IMG/VR virus record: IMGVR_UViG_3300013307_000015
Source: a virus
Lineage: Duplodnaviria > Heunggongvirae > Uroviricota > Caudoviricetes
Direction: 5' to 3' (one strand)
DNA length: 64,000 nt
The notes under the pieces were generated by a model, which did not search any database, was not told where the DNA came from, and saw nothing but the letters and a program-made list of their open reading frames with translations. A program made the position numbers and the translations under genes. This document shows positions 56,803 to 64,000 of this stretch, piece by piece; within the stretch, counting starts at the first letter, position 1, and each line of letters begins with the position of its first letter.

Positions 56803-57171
56803 ATGAGCGATCAAACTTTCTGGGCAAATTACTTGTTCTTTTGCGATTTCAGCGCAGACAAGGACTCGCTCGTCGATTTGCCGACGGGCGTGGTGGACGA
56901 ACATGCTGCTACCATCTTGGCTGCAACCCTTTCCATGCATGATACCGGTGAGGGTCGTGCGCTCTGGACGGATCAGCAAAATCCGGAGTGGGGGTTGGCT
57001 GGTGCGGAGATCATCCACAACGGACCGAACGAAACGGGCTTTGCCAGCAACGGCTCGTTCGACCATGTGCTGATGCTCAAATTCCCTGAAACGCAAGTGT
57101 ATCCGAAGGGCATCATCGCGGTTCAGTACAACGCCGGCACCAGCACGGCTCCGGTGACACCGACGGCATAA
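56803..57171 (+). CDS. Tail/baseplate protein, module B only
   Basis: FDHVLMLKF...GIIAVQYNA matches module B ends. Confidence 0.65.
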   Translation: MSDQTFWANYLFFCDFSADKDSLVDLPTGVVDEHAATILAATLSMHDTGEGRALWTDQQNPEWGLAGAEIIHNGPNETGFASNGSFDHVLMLKFPETQVYPKGIIAVQYNAGTSTAPVTPTA

Positions 57172-57218
57172 GGCGGTTTTCATTCTGAGGATTCTTCCTC
57201 AGAGGAATCCTTGGAATG
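57162..57218. terminator. Hairpin region with GACGGCATAA flank overlapping a stop codon
   Basis: GACGGCATAA then CATTC...GAGGATTC...GAATCC...GAATG. Confidence 0.55.
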
Positions 57219-57245
57219 TAGCTGTCTTTTTTAAGAGAGAAGATC

Positions 57246-58958
57246 ATGGCATTGAAAGCAGCTTTTAATTGGGATCACTTGGCTGGCGTCAATCTGATTC
57301 CTGGAGCTACCAGTGGGTACGGGACCTACCAATTAGCAGCATGGCTGGACCTCTACGGTAATGGTTACACGCCATACGCCTACATTCCGTCAGTGGGCAA
57401 TTCACTCATCAGCATTGATTCAAACGGGTGGTTTTCGTTATCGACACCCGCTTCATCGACTCCTTATCTTGGTGCTTTGGAAATTCCATGGGGAATGTTC
57501 CTCGACAACACCAAGACAGAAAGCTGGATTGGTTTTCGGTTCAAGGCTACAAGCAATCTGTTCACTGGCGCAGGCAATTTTGTCTGGTTGGCGTCAGTCA
57601 ACGGCGCTGGACCCACGACACTGATCACGCTTGCCTCACTGGCAACATGGGGTTGTGTGCTCGGTAAAGAGTACTACTTTGAACTGCGATTCTGGAAGAA
57701 CGGAGCGAACTATCAGGTTGATGTCTGGATGGACGGGGTTTTGAAATCTACCGGTTCTACCTCCATCGGTTCAGTATCCGGCATGCCGTCCAATTTCATC
57801 TGGTTCGGCTCTGCGACTCAAACTACCGCCAGTGTCGTTACGACTTTCCTCTTCCGGGATTTCTATTTCTTGGATGCAGACGGTTTGGGGAATTGGGATA
57901 GCACTCGTGTGGGCCCAATTCGTACGACTCCGTTGCCAATCTCATCGGTATCCGCACCGAATTATAGCGCTGGTACAGCCGCCCTGACAGGAGGCGCGGC
58001 TTTGTCGAGCGCGCAGTCCAAGTTCGGCGGTTCCTCATTGCTCGTGACGGGCGCTAACGACTACGCACTGGTTCAAGATTCGGTTGCGCTCAAGTTCACA
58101 GGCGACTTCACAATCGAGTACTTCGCGTATCTCAACGCCTCAAGTAACGGCATGGTCTACTCGAAGGGGCCGACGACGAGTCGAATTCAGGTTTATCAGG
58201 GCAATCTGGTTGTGTATAGCGATCAGTCTGTGTCTGGTACGCCGCTCGTTTCATCAGCGGCTGGTAAGATCATTCTGAACCAGATGCAGCATCACGCGAT
58301 TGTGAAACAAGGCAATGTCTGGACGATTTATATCGACGGGCAGTCGGTTGGAACTGTGACTTCGGCGGGTCAGACGTTGGGAAACAACACGAACTCAGCT
58401 TATCTCGGCAACTATGCGGCGTTGGGTTTCCCGCTGAATGGTTATCTGGATGAATTCCGGATTAGCAACGTTGCACGCTACACGGGGAATTTCACACCGC
58501 CTGCGAGTGCCTTTACACCGGATGCGAATACGGTGATGTTGTTGCATTGTGATCAGGCACTGGCTGGATTCATGCGCGATGAAGCCCCATCCCCGCAGAG
58601 TGTGCTTCAAACCCTGATGGCGAACGGTGTTCCAGCAACGACCCCGAACATCACGAACGCTGCGACGCTTGATCCGCTGAAGATTTCGTTCAGTACGAGT
58701 GGAATCGTAGCAGGTTCCAAGATCCTCGCAATGAAGTACCAACATGCGGTAATGAATCAACAATCGGGTAACGGCGTGATCAATCCCTCGCTGGTGGAAG
58801 GGCAAAGCACACTTAGCCTGACTCAAGAAACATTCACAGATGCCACCATGCGGTACAGCCGTTCGATTGGCTATGTCAAGACAGCACCTGACGGATCTGC
58901 ACTGACGCTTTCCAATATCGCTGCTACGCAGCTGGTGTTGACCCCGACGTCGGTATAA
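57246..58958 (+). CDS. Tail fibre/receptor-binding protein, module C with inserted LamG/ConA-like domain
   Basis: WIGFRFK, EYYFEL and FRDFYFLD; LamG segment SKFGGSS...[19 protein letters not shown]. Confidence 0.75.
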   Translation: MALKAAFNWDHLAGVNLIPGATSGYGTYQLAAWLDLYGNGYTPYAYIPSVGNSLISIDSNGWFSLSTPASSTPYLGALEIPWGMFLDNTKTESWIGFRFKATSNLFTGAGNFVWLASVNGAGPTTLITLASLATWGCVLGKEYYFELRFWKNGANYQVDVWMDGVLKSTGSTSIGSVSGMPSNFIWFGSATQTTASVVTTFLFRDFYFLDADGLGNWDSTRVGPIRTTPLPISSVSAPNYSAGTAALTGGAALSSAQSKFGGSSLLVTGANDYALVQDSVALKFTGDFTIEYFAYLNASSNGMVYSKGPTTSRIQVYQGNLVVYSDQSVSGTPLVSSAAGKIILNQMQHHAIVKQGNVWTIYIDGQSVGTVTSAGQTLGNNTNSAYLGNYAALGFPLNGYLDEFRISNVARYTGNFTPPASAFTPDANTVMLLHCDQALAGFMRDEAPSPQSVLQTLMANGVPATTPNITNAATLDPLKISFSTSGIVAGSKILAMKYQHAVMNQQSGNGVINPSLVEGQSTLSLTQETFTDATMRYSRSIGYVKTAPDGSALTLSNIAATQLVLTPTSV

Positions 58959-58965
58959 GGAGTGA

Positions 58966-60057
58966 ATGATGACAATGCGTTTGGTAATGCCGTTTGATCA
59001 CGTACCGGCTGCGTACGACGGCGGTGTCAATGTATCAACTTACACTGATTATCCGGCGTTTCAGTTCGGTACAAACGGCGGTGCTTCGCGAGGCGTACTG
59101 GCAGACTCCGGGTACAACTGGCTGTCGGTGAAGATTGCTGGCGCGAACGGCTACGGCTACGCTGGTTTTTTGGCGCTGCCAGTGAGTTCGTTGTTTGATT
59201 TGACGAAGGCGAGGAGTTACGTCGGCTTTCGGTATAAGGTCACCACTTATAACACGACAGCTGGCCTGTCAGCTTTTTGCTGGGAAGCAACGACCGCGCC
59301 TCCCGGCAACGGTGCAACAGGAACGACCAATGCGCTGATCAAGACCACGGAATTTACCTTCACGCTGGGTCAGGATTACTACATCGAAATCATGTTCGAT
59401 TGGGTGAACCTGACACGCACGGTGTGGGTGGATGGCGTGAAGATCGTGAATGCCGTAGCGCTAGGTTTCACTCCGCTGTCGACGCATCTGGTGGAATGGA
59501 CCATTCAATCTGGCGGCTCTGCTGTCAACCCCGTGATCCAAGTGAAGGATTTCTACGCACTGGATGACGCAGGTGACGGTGCAGCTGACAGTCAGCGACA
59601 AGGTCCGATGGTCTACTTGCCGCTTACCATGAATGACGCTTCGGGTAACGGCTGGACGAGTTCGGATAGCACGACGCTTTTGGCTGACATCAACACTGCG
59701 ATTACGGGTTCGGGTAACTTGGCTGCCCCGTATGCGCAGAGTCCGACTGACGGCACGCCACTCGACATGCACTTCAATGCGTCCGGCTTGGATCCGAATG
59801 TCGGGATCAAAGGTTTGGTTGTGCTTGGTTCGGCTGCTCGTCCCTCGGGTGCCATAGCGTCGGTGAAGACGGTTATGACGGATCAAGCCACGCCTGCGAA
59901 TACGAAGCGACTGGCAGATCAGACCTTCAGCAGTGCAAACGTTGTTCCTAACCGAACTATTGGCGTCTTGACGACTGCCTTGGATGGATCGACTTGGACA
60001 CCGACGAAGATCCAGCAGGCCAAGATCAGCATGAATGCGGTCGTTCCGGGGACTTAA
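58966..60057 (+). CDS. Tail fibre protein, module C without LamG insert
   Basis: YVGFRYK, DYYIEI, VWVDGV and KDFYALD. Confidence 0.7.
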   Translation: MMTMRLVMPFDHVPAAYDGGVNVSTYTDYPAFQFGTNGGASRGVLADSGYNWLSVKIAGANGYGYAGFLALPVSSLFDLTKARSYVGFRYKVTTYNTTAGLSAFCWEATTAPPGNGATGTTNALIKTTEFTFTLGQDYYIEIMFDWVNLTRTVWVDGVKIVNAVALGFTPLSTHLVEWTIQSGGSAVNPVIQVKDFYALDDAGDGAADSQRQGPMVYLPLTMNDASGNGWTSSDSTTLLADINTAITGSGNLAAPYAQSPTDGTPLDMHFNASGLDPNVGIKGLVVLGSAARPSGAIASVKTVMTDQATPANTKRLADQTFSSANVVPNRTIGVLTTALDGSTWTPTKIQQAKISMNAVVPGT

Positions 60058-60060
60058 TCA

Positions 60061-61395
60061 ATGGCAACTAATCGCGCAGCGCAGGCGATCCTGATCACCA
60101 AGGATCAGCCTGCCATTTCAAATCGATCAGCGCAAGCGGTTGTCATTACGCAGGACCCGCCTACTGCGCAAATCCGTAACGTACGTGGCTATGCCATGTC
60201 GGCCATGCCGGCAAAGGCACAGATACGTAACGTACGCGGTTACGTGATGTCGAACGCGACCAAGCCGCCGCCGACTTCCGTAACAGGCGCAGCTGCTCTG
60301 CTCTGGTTGCTGAACCAGAACACGAAGGGCGTGACGTTCGCGTCTGGTCAACTGGTGATTGGTACGCCACAGGCATACAGTGATCCGTCTGGGCGATCGA
60401 ACACGCAAGTACTGATTACGGCGAATCAGAGCAGTGGTTATAGCGGTAGCATGACCGCCTACTATAATCGCCGAACGCTGCTCTCTGTGTTCAGCAACAC
60501 GGGCTGGCTGCTTGGGACGATTTCCAGCGCAACGACCATTCGGGCGTTGATTCCACAGATCAATACCGCGTACGGGGTTGGTCTGGATGTGACGGATGTG
60601 GTAGACGGGCCAGTCGCAGCAGGTGCAACCAGTCTTGTGCTGACCGTTGCTTCGGGTAGTTACATGTTCAAGGCAGGCGATGTGCTTCAGTTGCCGTCTT
60701 ACACGCTTGCCTCGAAAACGCCGAATACTGCGCTTACTGGTTTTGATGATGCGGCAGGCAATGGTCCAAAGACTGCCACGCTTGCGTTGTTCCATTTCGA
60801 TGGTTCAATCGGCTCGCTTTCTCTGGTCGACACCTCTGGTAAGAACACCGCCAGTACGTCGGGCACAGTCGCTACATCCATCACCTCGAAGTTTGGTACG
60901 CAAGCAGTCAGCATGGCATCCACAAACGCAGCCATTGTGTTGCCAGACGCGTCGTATCTGCGCTTTACTGGACAGGACGCTACCATCGAAGGCTGGTTCA
61001 ATCCGGCCAACACCACACAGAACGGCGTACTGTTTGGTAAGGAAGCGTCCTCTGGATCGGTTTATGGCGACTTGCAGTACTACCAAGGCAGTATGCGGCT
61101 TTGGCTGGACTCGACCAACTTCGCCTTTAGCGTAGTATCGTCACTGGTAGCAAACGTGTACTCACACGTGGCGTTGGTTTCGTACAAGGGCGTCTGGTAT
61201 CTGTACGAAAACGGCGTGCTGAAGGGACAAGTCACGGGCGGTACTCTCGGTAACAACAGCAACCCGTTCCGTATCGGCAACTATGCTGGTCTGACTGCAC
61301 CTTTCTCTGGCATCATCGATGAATTCCGGATTTCGAGCTTTGCTCGTTATACCGGGCCGTTCACTCCTCCGAGTGGACCTTTCGTTTTGGACTAA
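60061..61395 (+). CDS. Tail fibre protein, module A fused to a C-terminal LamG domain
   Basis: RSNTQV...YSGSMTAYYNRRTL; LFHFDG...SKFG...IDEFRISSFARYTGPFTPP. Confidence 0.75.
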   Translation: MATNRAAQAILITKDQPAISNRSAQAVVITQDPPTAQIRNVRGYAMSAMPAKAQIRNVRGYVMSNATKPPPTSVTGAAALLWLLNQNTKGVTFASGQLVIGTPQAYSDPSGRSNTQVLITANQSSGYSGSMTAYYNRRTLLSVFSNTGWLLGTISSATTIRALIPQINTAYGVGLDVTDVVDGPVAAGATSLVLTVASGSYMFKAGDVLQLPSYTLASKTPNTALTGFDDAAGNGPKTATLALFHFDGSIGSLSLVDTSGKNTASTSGTVATSITSKFGTQAVSMASTNAAIVLPDASYLRFTGQDATIEGWFNPANTTQNGVLFGKEASSGSVYGDLQYYQGSMRLWLDSTNFAFSVVSSLVANVYSHVALVSYKGVWYLYENGVLKGQVTGGTLGNNSNPFRIGNYAGLTAPFSGIIDEFRISSFARYTGPFTPPSGPFVLD

Positions 61396-61400
61396 GGAGC

Positions 61401-61440
61401 AGATTCTGGACGACCTTCTTCGGAGGGTCGTCTGGTATCT
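61401..61440 (+). terminator. Hairpin with UUCG loop
   Basis: TGGACGACC-TTC-TTCG-GAG-GGTCGTCTGG. Confidence 0.6.
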
Positions 61441-61467
61441 CCTTCGCCTGACACTTTTGAGGGCATC

Positions 61468-62547
61468 ATGTCAATTCACGATTTGTGGACATACGACCAC
61501 GCTCCGCAAGGTACAACGGATCTGTCGACAGGTTCAGGTAGTCCGGTGTACAGCGAAACTGGTCTTTACAATCAGTACACCGGTAATCCGGGTTATGCGT
61601 ACAACAACGGCATTACCAACGCCATTCAAGCTACGACCGATGGTTATCTGACCATAAATTCGAATAGCACTTCGAATCCGGGTCTGGCAGTACAAGCCAA
61701 GGAAGTACAAGACTGGAGTGTGGCTACTCAGTACTGGGTTGGTTTTCGCACGAAGACATCCAAGCAGAATGCATCGAACGCCAACGTCTTCACGATGTCG
61801 GATACGATTGGTCAAGCCAATCCGTCGATTCTGGTGCTGGAATCTGACATGACTGCGGCTGGAGCCAATGTCCTGAATCAGGATTACTACGTCGAAGTCT
61901 TTATCGACCGAACCAATCGCGTCTATCAGGTCTGGATCAACGGCGTTCAAGTGAAATCCGGAACCATTGCTGCTGCTTCCGTTGTGAGTGGTGGTAACGG
62001 CTTTTACTGGTTTGGTCCGTGGAATAGTGGATTGATTGCGAGTGCTTCACGAGCCTTCCGGGATTTCTACTTTCTCGACGTGGATGCCACGACGCTTGGT
62101 CGTCTGGGTTCGATTCGTTCGAACCTTGCTGCACTGTCGGCGGTTTCTGCACCGAACTACACGCTTAACGCAGGTTCAAGCGGCGCGAGTGATGCGTTGA
62201 GTGCGTTCAATTACGCCTACCCGACGCCGCCGGTGGCTACGCCCAATGAAACCAACGCTGTAACTGACGATGTGTTGACATCGACGTTTAACACGTCGGT
62301 TCCATCTACCACAAGCATCGTTGCGGTGGAATACCGTCATGCATCACAGTCGACCAGCGCAGCGAATCTGGGTGTTGCGTTGACCTCTGGGGGTACGACG
62401 CAAAACAAACCAGCTTATGCTTTTGCCGACACGAATACGATGAAGTACGGTCGTCGTGCTGTGTTGGCAACCACCGCAGTGGACGGATCCGCATGGACAC
62501 CAGCAAAGGTGAACGCAACGCAATTGTTGCTCACTCCGACTAACTAA
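61468..62547 (+). CDS. Tail fibre protein, module C without LamG insert
   Basis: WTYDHAPQG, YWVGFRTK, DYYVEV and FRDFYFLD. Confidence 0.75.
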   Translation: MSIHDLWTYDHAPQGTTDLSTGSGSPVYSETGLYNQYTGNPGYAYNNGITNAIQATTDGYLTINSNSTSNPGLAVQAKEVQDWSVATQYWVGFRTKTSKQNASNANVFTMSDTIGQANPSILVLESDMTAAGANVLNQDYYVEVFIDRTNRVYQVWINGVQVKSGTIAAASVVSGGNGFYWFGPWNSGLIASASRAFRDFYFLDVDATTLGRLGSIRSNLAALSAVSAPNYTLNAGSSGASDALSAFNYAYPTPPVATPNETNAVTDDVLTSTFNTSVPSTTSIVAVEYRHASQSTSAANLGVALTSGGTTQNKPAYAFADTNTMKYGRRAVLATTAVDGSAWTPAKVNATQLLLTPTN

Positions 62548-62563
62548 GCTTTTCGAGGTAATC

Positions 62564-64000
62564 ATGACGATCCGTGACATGTGGACGTATGACCATGCGC
62601 CGCAAGGTAGCGCGGACTTGTCTGCTGGAACGTCCCTGTCAGCATACTCGGAGAATAGCAATTACAACCTCTACACGGGGTTGCCGGGTATGCTGTATAA
62701 GAACACCAGCGGCACGGGTGCCGTGACCACTGACGGCTTTTTGACGCTTACCACAGCAAGTGGTTTGAATCCAGCTTTGTTCGTTCGTGCCAACGAAGTC
62801 CAGAACTGGGGCACCCCGACCAAGTACTGGATTGGTTTTCGTACCAAGACCACGTCACAAAACGGCGCAGCGTGTAACATCTTTGCCCTCACCAGCGACG
62901 TCACCAGCATGGCGAACTATGCTGCGTTGTTGCAAGAAACGGACATGACGGCAGCCGGTGCAGCGACGCTGAACACCGAGTATTACGTGGAGATTTTCAT
63001 TGACCGCGCGAACTTGGTGTATCAAGTCTGGGTCAATGGCGTACAGGTGAAGAACGGTACGTTGAGTGCCGCTTCACTGCCTGCCAATGGCGTGGGTTAT
63101 TACCAGTGGGGGGCGTACAACTCGCTCTCTGGGGTGACCAACGGAGCGACGCGTTGCTTTCGAGATTTCTATTTCTTGGACGTGGACGCAACGGACACAG
63201 GACGACTGGGTTCCATCCGATCTTCGCTTCAGCCTCTTGCAACAATTAGTGCGCCGAATTATTCAGCTTATCATGCGTCGGTGGTTGGGACAGCAGGACT
63301 GTCAACTGCGCAGGCGAAGTTTGGAAGTCGTTCTTTCGTGGTTGGAGCGACCGCTGGCTCATGCGCACAAATCGCAGATGTTTCGACTTTGCGACTGACT
63401 GGGGATTTTACGATCGAGTTCTTCACGTACAACCCCACTCCAAACAGTTCGACGATGTACCTTAACAAAGGTACGAATGCCTACGTCTTTAACAATGCGG
63501 GTTCAATCTGCGCCTCGTTTGATCCTGCGAATTCACTGGTCGTCAATGCTGCTGGCAAGCTCAAAGCCAATCAGTGGCAACACATTGCGTTGACGAAGCA
63601 AGGAACAACAGTAACGATGTGGGTCGATGGGGTGAGTGTAGCTACTGCCACATCGAGCGGTACGTTTGGTAATGTGTCGAGTCCGCTGCAAGTCGGGACA
63701 TGGAACAATGCTACTGATGCACTGATCGGGTTTCTGGACGAACTGCGCATTAGTAACGTATGTCGCTACACGTCAGCTTTCACACCGACGGCCACTCCGT
63801 TTGTCACGGATGCTAACACGGTGCTGCTCATGCACTTCGAGAGCACCAGCAATGGTTTGTTTGATTCGGGTCTGTCTGCCTTGCAGTCAATTCAGACACC
63901 TTATCCGTCTTCGGGCTCGCCCAATACACCTGTATTGCAAGACGCCCCGACGAAAGATCCGATGACTGTTGGTTTCAACACCAGTTACTTGACCCAACCA
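62564..64000 (+). CDS. Tail fibre protein, module C with inserted LamG domain; 3' truncated and absent from the ORF track
   Basis: Manual translation from ATG 62564 (GAGG RBS) is open to the window end: MTIRDMWTYDHAPQG...FRDFYFLD...AKFGSRS...LDELRISNVCRYTSAFTP. Confidence 0.85.
   Translation, partial: MTIRDMWTYDHAPQGSADLSAGTSLSAYSENSNYNLYTGLPGMLYKNTSGTGAVTTDGFLTLTTASGLNPALFVRANEVQNWGTPTKYWIGFRTKTTSQNGAACNIFALTSDVTSMANYAALLQETDMTAAGAATLNTEYYVEIFIDRANLVYQVWVNGVQVKNGTLSAASLPANGVGYYQWGAYNSLSGVTNGATRCFRDFYFLDVDATDTGRLGSIRSSLQPLATISAPNYSAYHASVVGTAGLSTAQAKFGSRSFVVGATAGSCAQIADVSTLRLTGDFTIEFFTYNPTPNSSTMYLNKGTNAYVFNNAGSICASFDPANSLVVNAAGKLKANQWQHIALTKQGTTVTMWVDGVSVATATSSGTFGNVSSPLQVGTWNNATDALIGFLDELRISNVCRYTSAFTPTATPFVTDANTVLLMHFESTSNGLFDSGLSALQSIQTPYPSSGSPNTPVLQDAPTKDPMTVGFNTSYLTQP

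Noticed and set aside
56780-56810. Frameshift fusion of 56282 and 56803
   Set aside because: An in-frame TAG at 56797-56799 precedes the second ATG, which has its own SD.
12212-57218. CRISPR array or REP/BIME interpretation of the GGCATAA/TTTATGCC repeats
   Set aside because: Copies are single, dispersed and gene-terminal with unrelated internal stems; there is no regular repeat-spacer periodicity, and no cas or RAYT gene.
57246-64000. Diversity-generating retroelement acting on the fibre genes
   Set aside because: No reverse transcriptase is present, and no near-identical TR/VR pair differing only at adenines was found; paralog differences involve all bases.
1-64000. tRNA/rRNA genes, integrase, transposase or host chromosomal flanks
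   Set aside because: Intergenic gaps are short and show no cloverleaf or T-loop (GTTCRAATC) structure, and no recombinase motifs were seen; all recognisable genes are phage genes.

Overview
This 64-kb window is a gene-dense segment of a nucleus-forming jumbo myophage genome (phiKZ-like, Chimalliviridae). No host genes are seen and the host cannot be determined from the sequence. Gene order follows phiKZ ~gp54-gp101; gp assignments rest on motifs plus recalled synteny, not database searches. (1) 1-18.5 kb is the phage-nucleus/transcription block: chimallin 3' end, non-virion RNAP beta'-N, beta-C and beta'-C, the gp68-like specificity subunit, SbcD-like nuclease, ChmC-like RNA-binding protein, PicA/Imp1-like importer, gp70-like protein and an SF2 helicase. 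(2) 18.5-30 kb holds accessory ORFs, a DarG-like macrodomain, a virion RNAP beta' subunit, an endolysin and the exonuclease/motif-A half of a split family-B DNA polymerase. (3) 30-49 kb encodes head/inner-body and baseplate proteins. (4) 49.6-64 kb is a paralogous array of tail/baseplate-fibre genes built from a few shuffled modules, including an optional, circularly permuted LamG cassette. The best second-look candidates are: a recurrent GGCATAA/TTTATGCC-flanked hairpin element; a putative early promoter motif; a possible -1 frameshift joining a chaperone-like gene pair; an M48-like metalloprotease among the head proteins; and the modular fibre kit. No tRNA, rRNA, CRISPR array, integrase, transposase, intron or intein was recognised.
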